Assembly (NCBI GenBank): GCA_963733675.1
Contig: CAVTET010000004.1
Location: 480,001-544,000, forward strand
Source: an uncultured Methanosarcinaceae archaeon
GTDB lineage: Archaea; Halobacteriota; Methanosarcinia; Methanosarcinales; Methanosarcinaceae
DNA: 64,000 nucleotides
Direction of reading: 5' to 3'
Shown: positions 23,406-34,668 of the stretch, one piece after another
Position numbering within the stretch: position 1 is the stretch's first letter
Layout of the letters: each line of letters opens with the position of its first letter
The notes under the pieces: model-generated
What the model saw: only the letters and a program-made list of their open reading frames with translations
The model's database searches: none
Told to the model about the DNA's origin: nothing
Made by a program: the position numbers and the translations under genes

Positions 23406-24356
23406 TTACGTTAGTTTGGTTACCGGGTGATTTGCCAGATCCGCGATCTCGACACCGAGTTCTTTTGCGGTCTCACCAAGCATGATGTCGACCATTGCTA
23501 CAGCCGGAAAGATCTGGTTGACGTTCTCAATAGGTCCATAGAGGAGAAAATCTGAACCTGCAATCTGTGCTACTAGGTTAGTACCAATGTCTGTAGGCAT
23601 GTAGATAGCTTTTGGATCAGGCTGAGTTTTCTTGAACTTCCGGAGCCAATCCCAGGCAGAAGCCATATTATGGAACCCTCCACCAATAGGTAGCCCAATT
23701 TTTGCTTTGATTGTGGGTATCGAGCGAATTGTGGCTCCAGAACCTGCGCCAAGAGGCATTGCTGCAACGTCTATCAAGGGCGTCTTGATCCCACATTCCT
23801 TTGCGATCTGAATCATCCCTTTTGTTTGTCCGGAACCGCCGACTTCAAGTATGTCTAGTTTTCCTTTTACAGTAGGGTCAGTTGCATTGAAGGCTAGCAC
23901 AATTGCTGCTTCCACGTCACTTTCAGTAAGGACGTCAATTTCACTCTGTTCAATGCTTGCATTGATCGAGTTATGTACAGCTCTGTGTGCAACGCCGATT
24001 TCAGAACAGTATTTAGCAGCAGCAGCCCTTACATCTCCGGCAGAGGAGTCGATTAAGAAAGGAGTGTGGTCATCGATTTCAACGAACCACTTTATGTAAT
24101 TCACAATTGCTTCTGGGGTTTCACCCACGATCTGATTTGCATAGGGAAGCCCTGTGGCATCGCTCATTGCTACCTGCGTGTTCCAAAGCGTTTCAGCAGT
24201 TGCCTTATCGAAAATCCCCTTGTCTTCGTCTGACACGATCTTATGTCTTCCGTAGAACATAGTGCTTACTAATACAGTCGGATATTCACCTGGCTGACCG
24301 CCGAATTTGACTCCACCTAGATCAAAAACTTCCTGTTTTCTATCAAATTTGAACAT
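23406..24356 (-). CDS. mtrH: H4MPT S-methyltransferase subunit H
   Basis: MFKFDRKQEV, GGQPGEYPTVL, HNMASAWDW and LLYGPIEN motifs. Confidence 0.99.
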   Translation of the reverse strand: MFKFDRKQEVFDLGGVKFGGQPGEYPTVLVSTMFYGRHKIVSDEDKGIFDKATAETLWNTQVAMSDATGLPYANQIVGETPEAIVNYIKWFVEIDDHTPFLIDSSAGDVRAAAAKYCSEIGVAHRAVHNSINASIEQSEIDVLTESDVEAAIVLAFNATDPTVKGKLDILEVGGSGQTKGMIQIAKECGIKTPLIDVAAMPLGAGSGATIRSIPTIKAKIGLPIGGGFHNMASAWDWLRKFKKTQPDPKAIYMPTDIGTNLVAQIAGSDFLLYGPIENVNQIFPAVAMVDIMLGETAKELGVEIADLANHPVTKLT

Positions 24357-24372
24357 TTTAAACCCTCATTTG

Positions 24373-24603
24373 TTAATGTATTAATCTGAACATTGATGAT
24401 ACCGAGATATAGATCAGGAAGAGCAGCAGGCCGATAACGCTGCCATATAAAATTCCAATGTCTCTTCCTACTTTTCTACCAATTCTCTGTGCAATTTCAC
24501 TGCCAACGAACTCGACCTTTTCATCAATCTTGTCGAGTCTCTTCATGACCACATTGAACTCAGTTTGATCTACAATAACTACGGGTGCTTTTCCATCACT
24601 CAT
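24373..24603 (-). CDS. mtrG: Mtr subunit G
   Basis: [30 protein letters not shown]. Confidence 0.97.
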   Translation of the reverse strand: MSDGKAPVVIVDQTEFNVVMKRLDKIDEKVEFVGSEIAQRIGRKVGRDIGILYGSVIGLLLFLIYISVSSMFRLIH

Positions 24604-24608
24604 AGTAT

Positions 24609-24830
24609 TCACCTCCACAACAACAACGGGACTACGATTATCATCAGAAATACAAATATGAATCCCGCTGCGAACCCTAAGATCCCGGTAGAATTTATCC
24701 CAGAATCCAGTTTCTGGTTTCTCGCGATTAACTGGGCCCTATACCGGATACTTTCGACAGTCGAATCTATTGCACCCATCTGAGGGGTGGTTACCATCGG
24801 AACTCCTTTTTCGTATTCAGTTTCTGCCAT
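24609..24830 (-). CDS. mtrF: Mtr subunit F
   Basis: [17 protein letters not shown] plus one TM helix. Confidence 0.97.
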   Translation of the reverse strand: MAETEYEKGVPMVTTPQMGAIDSTVESIRYRAQLIARNQKLDSGINSTGILGFAAGFIFVFLMIIVVPLLLWR

Positions 24831-24834
24831 TCTT

Positions 24835-25557
24835 TTACCTCCCTACTAATAAAAATCCGAGCAAAGCGATGGTAAAAGTTAATCCTATCATGAACCCTTC
24901 CATTTTTCCAGCACCTACACCGGAGTGGTACTTATTGAGGTTTCCGATGTCTACAAGGCTACTTTCAATTCCTTTCATCCTATTGCGGACCATCGCAATT
25001 TCAGCACCAAGTGGTCTTATCCCAGAGATTTCTTCTTCTTCTCCTGCTCCCTCGGCAATCTTTATTATGAGAGGTTCGCCGTCAAAAGCTCCCGGGTCTT
25101 TTGAGACAAGTTCTTTTATCTTGGAGCTAATTGCACCCATATCTTCGGTATCAAGCAAATTGATGACCTGAACTTGTTGCTGGAAACGGACAATCGCATC
25201 AGCATCTAGGTTTTCCACATATGGAATTGCGCCTACAGCTCCTACAATCCTGTTTTCCTTCACACCGTTTGCATGCAGGGCGATTATTGACTGTCCGATT
25301 ACGTGTCCCTTAACCTCAGCACCAGTCACAAGGAGAAACCTGATATTAGGGTTTGATATAATATGGGCAACGACCTTTTCAATGCCGAGATTTTCTGTTT
25401 TACACGATCCTGTGATTGATGCACCTGCATCAAGAATTGGTTTTCCAGGAAGGTGTGAACCGCAGGTAATTACCAGTACTGGGTTTTTGGGATCCCCAAC
25501 TTCATATTCACCTTTCAGTATGGGCCATCCTGGGGCAGCATCTTTCTTTTCTACCAT
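24835..25557 (-). CDS. mtrA: Mtr subunit A (corrinoid)
   Basis: [30 protein letters not shown] (cobamide His) and GAIPYVEN motifs; start at MVEKK. Confidence 0.98.
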   Translation of the reverse strand: MVEKKDAAPGWPILKGEYEVGDPKNPVLVITCGSHLPGKPILDAGASITGSCKTENLGIEKVVAHIISNPNIRFLLVTGAEVKGHVIGQSIIALHANGVKENRIVGAVGAIPYVENLDADAIVRFQQQVQVINLLDTEDMGAISSKIKELVSKDPGAFDGEPLIIKIAEGAGEEEEISGIRPLGAEIAMVRNRMKGIESSLVDIGNLNKYHSGVGAGKMEGFMIGLTFTIALLGFLLVGR

Positions 25558-25558
25558 T

Positions 25559-25882
25559 TTAAGCGCCTCCCATTGCAATCCTCAGGTATATATATAGGAC
25601 TACCATCGCAAAGAAAAAAAAGCCAACAACTATCCCATACCAAGCATTGGTATAGAATCCAGCTATGTAAGACATGTGTTCACGTCCCGGCCATGTGTTA
25701 AGGAGCGGCTTGCTCGGGGCAAGAGAATCTATGAGGTCTTCTGCAATTAGATCCAGCTTGTCCAATTTTTCATAGACAGGAGCCAAGCTGTACTGGATAA
25801 TGTCTTCTCGTTCCTGTGCAACAGTACCTGATTCTGTATCCATTACTAGATGTATCTCTGGAGCTATGCGAACGATACTCAT
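25559..25882 (-). CDS. mtrB: Mtr subunit B
   Basis: MSIVRIAPE, LNTWPGRE and a C-terminal TM helix. Confidence 0.97.
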   Translation of the reverse strand: MSIVRIAPEIHLVMDTESGTVAQEREDIIQYSLAPVYEKLDKLDLIAEDLIDSLAPSKPLLNTWPGREHMSYIAGFYTNAWYGIVVGFFFFAMVVLYIYLRIAMGGA

Positions 25883-26667
25883 TGCATTTCCTCCTCAGTA
25901 GGCAGCATTCCAGTATCTAAAACTTTGTATGCATCTCTTTTGACAAAGCTGTAGTATTTGTTGAAGCCTTTATACCATATGAAGATTCCAATGAGCATTG
26001 TCACAGCGATTGCTCCCAAACCTGCTACGGATGCGAAGCCTGAAAGGACCATGGCAATTCCCGCTTTTTCCATAGCGAGTGAAAGGCTTCTGTCCTGCAT
26101 TTCATCGGGCCCCAGGTTTGAATTGAATGGGTGCAGCATTGCCATACCACCGGCAATGTAAATCATCATTATAAAGCCTGTTGCAATCACATCTTTAACG
26201 ACTAATACATAATCAAGAGAGCCGGCAATTACAATACTAAATCCAAGAATTAGAAGAGTTCCGGCCCCCGCAATCTCTAGCGTTGCCCTTTCCATGATTG
26301 GGATACCCATCCCAATTATCTTGTTGGCAAGTATACCTATTATAGCTCCGATGACACACGCGGTAATAAATGCAATAATGGGGCCTGCCACTCCTCCGAT
26401 AGAAAGCCCAAATAGAGTGGCAATTACTCCCATACCAAGGGCGAGCATACCAATTGACGGTACACCTGTCCCAAGTCCATAGCTAGCAACACGTCGGACT
26501 ACATCAGCGCCCCAAACACTGGCGCAGATTGCTCCAAGAGCTCCGAAGAATACAAAGACGTGGTTTATTGGGGCAAGGAAATATGCGAGATATATTCCAA
26601 CGAGGCCTCCAACTACACCTAAAGCTAACATTGTATTTGGAGGGTATTTATTTTTTGCATCTGACAT
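25879..26667 (-). CDS. mtrC: Mtr subunit C
   Basis: WGAD.VRRVASYGLGTGVPSIG and LHPFN..LGPDE motifs. Confidence 0.97.
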   Translation of the reverse strand: MSDAKNKYPPNTMLALGVVGGLVGIYLAYFLAPINHVFVFFGALGAICASVWGADVVRRVASYGLGTGVPSIGMLALGMGVIATLFGLSIGGVAGPIIAFITACVIGAIIGILANKIIGMGIPIMERATLEIAGAGTLLILGFSIVIAGSLDYVLVVKDVIATGFIMMIYIAGGMAMLHPFNSNLGPDEMQDRSLSLAMEKAGIAMVLSGFASVAGLGAIAVTMLIGIFIWYKGFNKYYSFVKRDAYKVLDTGMLPTEEEMQ

Positions 26668-26668
26668 T

Positions 26669-27394
26669 TTAGAGACCCCCTCCTAGACTTCCAACTGCTA
26701 CTACTGCTACAATAGCGCAGAAAATTGATGCAATGAAGGAAGCAAGAGCTGCTTTTGGCCATTTTTTGAATTTAGGATCATGGTATCCTTCAATGGTACC
26801 ACCAATGTTGTAAGAAGGTATAACCGAGTTTATAAAGAAGAAACCTATGGTGAAAGTAGATACAACAGCTGAAAGGTTCAGATCAGTTACTGGGAGAGTT
26901 GATACTTTCATGAGAGCATAGTATACAAGTGCACCCCCAAGTCCTCCAAGGGCAGCTCCGATAGTTGCACTTACGAAACAGACTGTTGGAATACCATGTC
27001 CTTCAGTACCTTGGGACACATAGAGGTCCTGTCTGTACTTTGTAATGGGATCATACTTTACTTTAGCCGAAACTGGAATAACGCCCACACCATAGACATA
27101 GACCCAAGTAGCTACTATCATGGTTGCAGCTAACATGACCATTGAACCGACTGCTCCAGCAGCTATGACCAGAGGGAGATTTTGGTTTACAGCCATTACA
27201 GTTCCAGCGGCTATGATCCCAGCAATTCCAGCTCCAGCTGCAAGCATAACAGTACCTGTGCCGATACCTGTTGCCTGAGACATTGCAGCGGGGGCACCAC
27301 CTACAGGTATGAAGTGAACGCTCTGGGAAATCAGCGTACCACCGATTACGATCGCCAGGATCCAAATAAGATTGGCTGTAATGAGTTCTATCAC
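26669..27394 (-). CDS. mtrD: Mtr subunit D
   Basis: VHFIPVGGAPAAM, DPIT, GTEGHG and SYNIGGTIEG.HDPKF motifs. Confidence 0.97.
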   Translation of the reverse strand: MIELITANLIWILAIVIGGTLISQSVHFIPVGGAPAAMSQATGIGTGTVMLAAGAGIAGIIAAGTVMAVNQNLPLVIAAGAVGSMVMLAATMIVATWVYVYGVGVIPVSAKVKYDPITKYRQDLYVSQGTEGHGIPTVCFVSATIGAALGGLGGALVYYALMKVSTLPVTDLNLSAVVSTFTIGFFFINSVIPSYNIGGTIEGYHDPKFKKWPKAALASFIASIFCAIVAVVAVGSLGGGL

Positions 27395-28305
27395 GCTGAC
27401 ACCTCTTCTGTTTTATCTTCTTTGTAAGGCCCAAATTTTTCGCGAGATTCCTTTTCGATGTGCCAGTTCCAAATGCCTAAAACAACAACAATAAGAAAAC
27501 CTAGAATATTAGAAAGCCATCCCTCTCTAAGCCCTCTTGCAGGGTCGAAAACGATTAGGATCCAGATACCCAGGAATACGACCATCCCAAAAGCAACTCC
27601 TGTCATTGGTCCTCCGAACTTTGAACAGAACCAGAGGTTATCTATCCCATTCCTGAGGCCTGATTCACCTTTACGGACAATGTTTCCAGAGTTTGAAGCA
27701 TTCAAACCAGAACCAAATTCAGTCTGCTGGAACTGACGCTCTGAGCCTAAATGAACGTCACCTGTAGCCGATCCGACTGAGCCTACTACAACTCCCCATA
27801 GAAAGGACAATAATACAAACGGGAAAGGATGAGCTAGTGCATAGACCATTAGATACGAGACTACCTCAACACTGAAGGTAGTTAAAAACGCAAAGGCCAT
27901 GATCACTGGGGTGTGGGATCTTATCAGATCCAGATATATTGGTTGCTTAAATCTTGCCTGGCTAGCCTCTCTGCCCATGATTGCAGTTACTGAATAGCTT
28001 CCATGTACCATAGCTGCAATAAGGGCTCCTATAACCAGTGCAAAGAGAGGGGACATTCCAAAATGTTTTATTAATACAAGAGCTCCAGTAGCACCTATTG
28101 TGCACATCATTCCATTGGAGACCGGTTCCCCAGCAATAGCTTTATTATAATATCGATGTATGTAGCCCATCTGGGGTGCTAACTGAATTTGTGAATTAGC
28201 ATTACTCTGTGATCCTACATCGGATTCCAGGTCCTCTGAAGCACCTGCAATGGTAGCAGCGGCTCCAATAAGTGCGAGCACTCCCATGCTTATGAGTGGT
28301 TCCAT
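27391..28305 (-). CDS. mtrE: Mtr subunit E
   Basis: AGASEDLESD.GSQSN, QLAPQM, HPFP, TGDVH and KFGGP motifs; GGAGG RBS. Confidence 0.98.
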   Translation of the reverse strand: MEPLISMGVLALIGAAATIAGASEDLESDVGSQSNANSQIQLAPQMGYIHRYYNKAIAGEPVSNGMMCTIGATGALVLIKHFGMSPLFALVIGALIAAMVHGSYSVTAIMGREASQARFKQPIYLDLIRSHTPVIMAFAFLTTFSVEVVSYLMVYALAHPFPFVLLSFLWGVVVGSVGSATGDVHLGSERQFQQTEFGSGLNASNSGNIVRKGESGLRNGIDNLWFCSKFGGPMTGVAFGMVVFLGIWILIVFDPARGLREGWLSNILGFLIVVVLGIWNWHIEKESREKFGPYKEDKTEEVSA

Positions 28306-29071
28306 TCATTTTCCTCCTTATATTATTACATGTAATAATCCGGATTGAAAAAACGTTGTATATTTTCTGAAGTTATTTGTCATTTTATGCAACGAAAAAT
28401 AACGAATGACAAACATTGAATTTTTGATTAGAGAGGATCATTCATAAACCTTTCGAAATTTGGGTGTATTTAAACGATTTTTATCAATTAATTTGATGCA
28501 TAATTCGTTATTTTTGAGGAGTTAATTCGGTTAAAATGAGCGAATCCGCATTTATATATTAAAAAATAAATTTAAATTTTATTAATATAATATAAAGATT
28601 CCGATTGTCATTCTTAACTATTACATTTATTTTTTCAAAATGTATATCTAATAATTTTATATAAATAAGCTTTTCTAGCATCGGTTTTTATATTAATTCT
28701 CGTTATAAATTATACATTATGCTAATTTTATCTAGTACTTCCAAATAAATGAAATGCGATTTTCTTATCTTAAATTTCTGCAGATGTACACAACAAGGCT
28801 ATCGATTTTCTCAATATGGCATTAGATTGAAAATTAATCTACCTTTCAATAAATAATGTTCAAAATGGGTAAATAAATTGTACAGCTATTTATATCTGCG
28901 AAAAATAAGATAACTTTATTATCTGATGATTACTAGAGTTAAATAGAAAATTTAGCATCTACGCCGAATTTTCAGTTTTCTAGACAAATTCTAGAATGTG
29001 CTACAGCAATCTATATTATCTAATGCATGAAACTTTCAATCAAGTACAGCTATTCGCACAGGTGTTAACTC

Positions 29072-29239
29072 ATGGCTAAAAAATCAGGCAATGGACTTCA
29101 GTCTTCTGCGGGGCTCATGCGCTACTATGAAGCTGACAAAAATGCAGTTCAAATTCAGCCCAAAGTAGTAATTATTGTCGGTGCAATTGTAGGCATAATA
29201 GTATTGTTTTTAGGTGCTCTAAATCACGGTTGGCCATAA
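29072..29239 (+). CDS. secG: Preprotein translocase subunit Sec61beta (55 aa, absent from the ORF track)
   Basis: MAKKSGNGLQSSAGLMRYYEADKNAVQIQPKVVIIVGAIVGIIVLFLGALNHGWP; AGL.RY motif plus one TM; AGGTG RBS. Confidence 0.95.
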   Translation: MAKKSGNGLQSSAGLMRYYEADKNAVQIQPKVVIIVGAIVGIIVLFLGALNHGWP

Positions 29240-29849
29240 TTATCATTTTTCGGGCAGGTATCTTTTGAACAGGCATAATTCAGGAAAATGAGATAGCTAA
29301 AAACTTTTCTTCGAAAGGAATAGTTACTAAACCCATCGTTTTGCTTTTGGGTCTCTTCTTGCATACCGGTGGGTGTATTCGGAGTCTTGTAAAGTCTTTT
29401 AATTCTCCCTAAGCCGTATCTCCATGGAAGTTTTTGGTATCAAGTTCAGGATTTTATCTTTCTCATTTTGAAAAACGGTATTTTACAACTAGAAAATCGG
29501 GAACAAGTATGTTCATGAAAATCCATATACTTTTAGTTGCTGTCTTCTTAAAATGAAGGAGGCTAAATCAGGCTCTACGAAGATTCATGCACACTCTTCT
29601 TCTAAGGTCATAGTTTAGCTCCAGAAGCTGGGATCGGTAGTAAAGGATAGCATGATGACTTGGTTGTAGAAGTTTCAAAGTTGTGGTATACAATCCTGAA
29701 TGTTGATCAGCGCAAATATACGGCATAAATGCAAATAAAATATTGAGTTTTTGGACATATCTCTGCATCGATTTTGGCATATTTCTTCACATTTTTGGCT
29801 TTACTTGTTTTTTCGTTCTATCAAAATTTGTTTACAGATACCGGTATTT

Positions 29850-30650
29850 TTAGAGGAGAAGAGGAATTATCCCAAAAACAAAGACATTTATGAAGCCATG
29901 AATCATCGCAACCAGGGGAAGGCTGCGTGTTTTGTAAAACAGGTACCCTAAAAATATGCCCACAAAGGATGCGTACAAAACTTCACCAATGCTTCCATAT
30001 CCTGTATGCATAAGTCCAAATAAAATACTTGTAATTATCAAACCTGACCGATTACCAAGTGTTATCTGCAGCCTATTCTGAATGATTGATCTGTAAATTA
30101 TCTCTTCCACAAGGCCTACGAAAAAGATCATAACTATGCTGAGCATCAGGAGGTTAAAGGTTGAGAGGTTTGAAATTAGATAGTTTGTCTTGATTATTAG
30201 ATATTCTCCTCCTCCAAGAAGAAGGCCTACTAATATTGAAAATGGTGCATATAACCATATTTTCTTGAAGGTCATTCCGAGCTGTGTGCGAGTAAGTTCC
30301 TGATTGGTTGCTGCAATACTTACTGGAATTGCCAGGATACCGTATGTGAAAATAAAGGAATAAAGCGTTTTCTCATAATAAAGTGGCATTGAAAGGTTAA
30401 CTAGACGTAGGATCGGCAGGAGAATAAGAGATAGGTAGGTTTTCTGGATCTCCGTGTTTTTTACAAACATCATGGAAAAGGAGAGCCCTAGCAGGATCGC
30501 TGCATGTATTTCCAGGGCTTCTATCTTCATTCCCCAAAATATCAATATCTCTGCAAAGGCAATTGCTGCAACTGGTATTCCTATATAATACCATATGTTT
30601 TTAATCTTAACTGGGCTTTCCCTAAGATTACCAAATGTTTCCATTTTCAT
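29850..30650 (-). CDS. CPBP (Abi / type II CAAX) intramembrane protease
   Basis: VEEIIYRS (EExxxR), LFGLMH (FxxxH) and IHGFIN (HxxxN) motifs; multi-TM. Confidence 0.93.
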   Translation of the reverse strand: MKMETFGNLRESPVKIKNIWYYIGIPVAAIAFAEILIFWGMKIEALEIHAAILLGLSFSMMFVKNTEIQKTYLSLILLPILRLVNLSMPLYYEKTLYSFIFTYGILAIPVSIAATNQELTRTQLGMTFKKIWLYAPFSILVGLLLGGGEYLIIKTNYLISNLSTFNLLMLSIVMIFFVGLVEEIIYRSIIQNRLQITLGNRSGLIITSILFGLMHTGYGSIGEVLYASFVGIFLGYLFYKTRSLPLVAMIHGFINVFVFGIIPLLL

Positions 30651-31534
30651 ACTCTCTTTGATACATTTATCCAGAGGCGTAGATTTTTATAGGGTATTTT
30701 CTTCTCTGTTTCGTTGAAAAGCAGGAATTCGAGTTTCTGATTCTTTCCTTCAGTAAAAGGTGTAATCTTAAGTGGTTCTTCTATGGTCGTGTTATGGGCG
30801 AGCCTTATATTTTTCAGGTTTTTCTGAAAGGGTAAGGATTCGTTTTCAACCCTGACGTCCATTGTGTAATTCATTGTTTTGTACTCATCGTTCACTATCC
30901 CTATAATGTAGGTCCCGCTTTCACCTTGTACGTACTCTGTTGTATAATTTTCAGCCATCTTTTGAGGTCCGAGAATATAGAATTCCGTAAATGGCTCTCT
31001 TTCATGAGGTGTGAGGGTAACGTAAGTCAGAGTTCCAATCAGGACCAGGAAAGAAATGGCTAGAAATGTCCTGAGGATCTTCTCAGTTTTTGATTCAGAT
31101 TTTTCCGTAATTTTAGTCAGTAGGGTAAGAGCAGAAGTCCTCAAAGAAACTCCAAACATCCTGTTTTCGGGTAGTTCTCTCCGTCTTGAGTACGCTACTC
31201 CAGACATGAGTAGAGTAAATGCAGACAGGCTTGTAAGTAGGGGAATTTCCCTAATTCCCCAGGGTGTAAAGTTAATTACAAGCCCTATTAGAGGTACTAT
31301 CGCAACGCTTAGCCCGACTGAAAGAGCTATTCTTTCCATCCCTTCAAGTCCAGTTTCTTCTGGAAAAAGCACGGATATCAGAGAATATCCTGGAAGGAAA
31401 ATTAATAGGAATAAACCAAGAATAATACGGATGAAACTTTCGTTGAGTGGATAAACAAGTATGAAAATATTCGTAAGAATCACAAGGCCTGCTACAAACA
31501 GCAGGTCAGATGGAAACTTTTGGTTTCCGGCCAT
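30647..31534 (-). CDS. DUF1616-like membrane protein, paralogue of 19959-20876
   Basis: FLPGY, ERIALSVGLS, FTPWGI and FTEFYILG motifs; 4-bp overlap with the CPBP gene. Confidence 0.85.
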   Translation of the reverse strand: MAGNQKFPSDLLFVAGLVILTNIFILVYPLNESFIRIILGLFLLIFLPGYSLISVLFPEETGLEGMERIALSVGLSVAIVPLIGLVINFTPWGIREIPLLTSLSAFTLLMSGVAYSRRRELPENRMFGVSLRTSALTLLTKITEKSESKTEKILRTFLAISFLVLIGTLTYVTLTPHEREPFTEFYILGPQKMAENYTTEYVQGESGTYIIGIVNDEYKTMNYTMDVRVENESLPFQKNLKNIRLAHNTTIEEPLKITPFTEGKNQKLEFLLFNETEKKIPYKNLRLWINVSKRV

Positions 31535-32399
31535 ATAAATCCTCGTAAAGCTGTTTATTCGTTATTTAATTGCATAAAGTACCTATCTCCTTTCCTGCTT
31601 GCTATATCAAATACTTTTCCTTTTTTTCGATCTTCTTGAAATGTATTCTCAACCTTTCAATCGATTTTTTTATTTTCTTTTCAAATAAATTTTTTAGCCT
31701 GAGTTTGAAAGCTTTTAATTTTAATTGGATACCATGAAGAATTCATAACTAGTCAACCTACACAAAAATCAGTTCGTGAATATTTATTTTGATATAATAC
31801 ATGCTTCTGATTGCGGACTTATTAAATAATCCAAAACATTGTCAATAGCCGACAGTTGGATAAAATGAGGCCATCAAAATTGGCACATTTAATTTTGATA
31901 GATATAGTTATTGATATTGTTTTTCTTCGCTGAATGGTTACAAAAATTCGTTGGGTTTTTATATCAGTTTGATTTTTCCCCCCATTACTACCCCGCTTAA
32001 TTATGAATAAAATGTTCTATGTTATGCTTAAACTAACAGGTTTTTAAATAAACTGGTTAATTTTTCGTCATCGGTTATCTGCTAAATTATTTTTCGTGTC
32101 CAAATGCTTATATAGCTGGTATATATTAAAACAGGTACATATATCTCTTGTACGGAACAAAAGTACTAATTTATATAGTGCTCATCTTTCTCCTTTTTAT
32201 AAAAAGGAGTATAATAATCCTTAAAATTGATCATTTAAATATGGGGCTGGAATATATTTTGAAACCGTTTATAATTTATAGAGAGATAACTCTGGGAATA
32301 ATATTTGCTAGGATTAAATTCATTAAATACTCCTCTCTAATAAATTTCTTTATTCGAAAGACTCTCGTGTCCCATCACCAAAGAGGTAGGTAATTATCA

Positions 32400-33302
32400 A
32401 TGTCCATTACGATTGCAGCCATGCCTGCCTATAATGAGGCTCACGTCATTGCAGAAGTTATCAAGGGTTGCAAAAAATACGTCGACAGGGTAGTGGTTGT
32501 GGATGACGGTAGCACTGATAATACCCTCGATATCGCAGAATCCCTAGGTGCCTATGTAGTTCGTCATGAAACCAATATTGGATATGGTGCAGCCCTCAGG
32601 AACTGTTTTGAAACTGCCCGGCATCTTGGTGCAAGTGCTATGGTTATAATTGATTCTGACGGTCAGCATGACCCCTCGGAGATTCCAAAGCTTTTGGAGC
32701 CTCTTAAAAATGGATTTGATCTGGTAATCGGGTCCAGGTTTGTCAATGGTAATGGTAAAAATGTCCCAATTTATCGTAAGTTTGGGATGAAGGTCCTTGA
32801 TGTTGCGACCTATGTTGCAGGTGGCCCCAATGTTACTGATTCCCAAAGTGGTTTTCGTGCTTATGGAAAAAGGGCCATTGAAAATATACATTTATATGAT
32901 ACAGACATGTCCGCTGGCTCCGAAATTCTCATTCAGGCAGGTGATTACAATCTAAAATTTACTGAAGTGGAAATACATTGTAGGTATGACCTTGATAACT
33001 GCTCAAGTGAACATCCTTTCATACATGGACCCAGAGTTCTTTTTCGTATTCTTAAGGATATGGAGTACAGACGGCCGCTGTACTATTTTGCCTTCCCTGG
33101 AATGATTATGGCATCTACAGGCTTTCTTATGGGACTCAAATTTTTACAGGATTATTACATGGGAGGAGGGTATTTGCGCTTTGGGCCTACACTTCTTATG
33201 GTGATGTTGACAATTATAGGAGCTTTTATGGTATTTACTGGAATTATACTGCATGCAATATCAAGGATGATAGTTCTAAATGAGCATATTCGGCAACAAT
33301 GA
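32400..33302 (+). CDS. GT2 glycosyltransferase (Dol-P-glycosyltransferase-like)
   Basis: PAYNE, VDDGSTD, DSDGQH, GSRF and TDSQSGFRA motifs; two C-terminal TMs. Confidence 0.93.
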   Translation: MSITIAAMPAYNEAHVIAEVIKGCKKYVDRVVVVDDGSTDNTLDIAESLGAYVVRHETNIGYGAALRNCFETARHLGASAMVIIDSDGQHDPSEIPKLLEPLKNGFDLVIGSRFVNGNGKNVPIYRKFGMKVLDVATYVAGGPNVTDSQSGFRAYGKRAIENIHLYDTDMSAGSEILIQAGDYNLKFTEVEIHCRYDLDNCSSEHPFIHGPRVLFRILKDMEYRRPLYYFAFPGMIMASTGFLMGLKFLQDYYMGGGYLRFGPTLLMVMLTIIGAFMVFTGIILHAISRMIVLNEHIRQQ

Positions 33303-33323
33303 CTTTTAAATTGGGGTCAATTT

Positions 33324-34337
33324 ATGGAATATCCTTTCGTTTCGGTGATAGTAGGCATTCGCAACGAAGAAATATTTATCGAAGAATGCATCGAATCACT
33401 TCTCAGGCTCGACTATCCCTCGGATCTTTATGAGATTATTATCGTTGATGGAATGTCTTCCGATAAAACTCGGGACCTAGTACAGAAATACCCTGTAAAG
33501 CTTCTTCTAAATGATAAAAAAAATGTTGCTGCGGCAAGGAATCTTGGTGTGGAGAATGCCATAGGCGATATTGTTGCTTTTACTGATGGGGACTGTAAGG
33601 TAGATTCTCAGTGGTTGAAAATACTTGTCTGTGAAATGCAAAATGCTTCCTATGATGTAGTGTGTTTTGGAGGACCTAACCTTATCTTTGAGACCGATCC
33701 TGTATTTAGCAGAGTCGTGGGGTATTCCCAGGAAACTTTTCTGGGTTCAGGAGGCTCGGCTCAGTCCAAAAACTCCACAAAAAAACATTATGTAAGCTCT
33801 CTACCAAACTGTAATGCAATGTATAAAAAATGTGTAATTCAGGAAGTCGGTTATTTTGACGAAAGATTTCTGATAGGTCAGGATGGAGACTTGAATTATA
33901 GAATAGGTAAGCAGGGCCACAAGTTTTTGTACGTTCCAGAAGCCCAGGTTCTGCATCATAGAAGAGGAACTTTGTACTCTTTTTCGGTAAGAATGTTTAA
34001 ATATGGTATGTGGATGGCGGAACTTTTCAAAAAGCATGGGGAATTTGTCCGCTGGTATGCTTTTTTGCCTTCAATTGCTATTGTTTTTTCAGTAGCTTTG
34101 CTGATATCCTCTGTTATCTACTACACTCCTATACTGTTTTTACATGCACTGGTAGCTATATATTTTGTTCTGGTCTTTGTCACCTCAATCCAGGTTACTT
34201 GCAAAATGAGGTCCAAATACGGTCTTTTTGCCTTTTTTGTGATCCCTGTGCAACACGTTACTTATGGGCTGGGGTTTTTGTATAGTTTTGTAAATTCCCT
34301 TTATCTTGCTAAATTCAAATCTCGATTTGATATTTAA
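33324..34337 (+). CDS. GT2 glycosyltransferase (ExoA-like)
   Basis: RNEE, VDGMSSD, ARN, FTDGDC and FDE motifs; C-terminal TMs. Confidence 0.9.
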   Translation: MEYPFVSVIVGIRNEEIFIEECIESLLRLDYPSDLYEIIIVDGMSSDKTRDLVQKYPVKLLLNDKKNVAAARNLGVENAIGDIVAFTDGDCKVDSQWLKILVCEMQNASYDVVCFGGPNLIFETDPVFSRVVGYSQETFLGSGGSAQSKNSTKKHYVSSLPNCNAMYKKCVIQEVGYFDERFLIGQDGDLNYRIGKQGHKFLYVPEAQVLHHRRGTLYSFSVRMFKYGMWMAELFKKHGEFVRWYAFLPSIAIVFSVALLISSVIYYTPILFLHALVAIYFVLVFVTSIQVTCKMRSKYGLFAFFVIPVQHVTYGLGFLYSFVNSLYLAKFKSRFDI

Positions 34338-34668
34338 TATTCACGAGTTTATCGATATCTTTAAGGAATAAAGACTGAAACCTAATATATGTGATACTTT
34401 TCGGGCCAAAATATTTTTAATCAATACTAGCCTGATTATAACTCTGTTTGGCTTTAAACCTAATAACTCGGGTAATATAATTATTTTTCTCACTTTCTGC
34501 AGATGTACCAAGAATGACATATTTTTTTAATATAACAATACTCAAAAATTAATCCAATTCTCAATGAATAATAGGGGCAAATAGGTAACTAAATTCTACA
34601 TATGTGTACATCTACAGAAACTGAATTCAATTTGTACTGTTATGTTTGTTTAAGGTTATGGAGATAGT

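Noticed and set aside
29290-29850. Possible gene relics here and at 20900-22100, 52400-52650, 53770-53940, 56116-56343 and 58830-59130
   Set aside because: They look coding-derived but are too degraded for me to assign a family from sequence alone.
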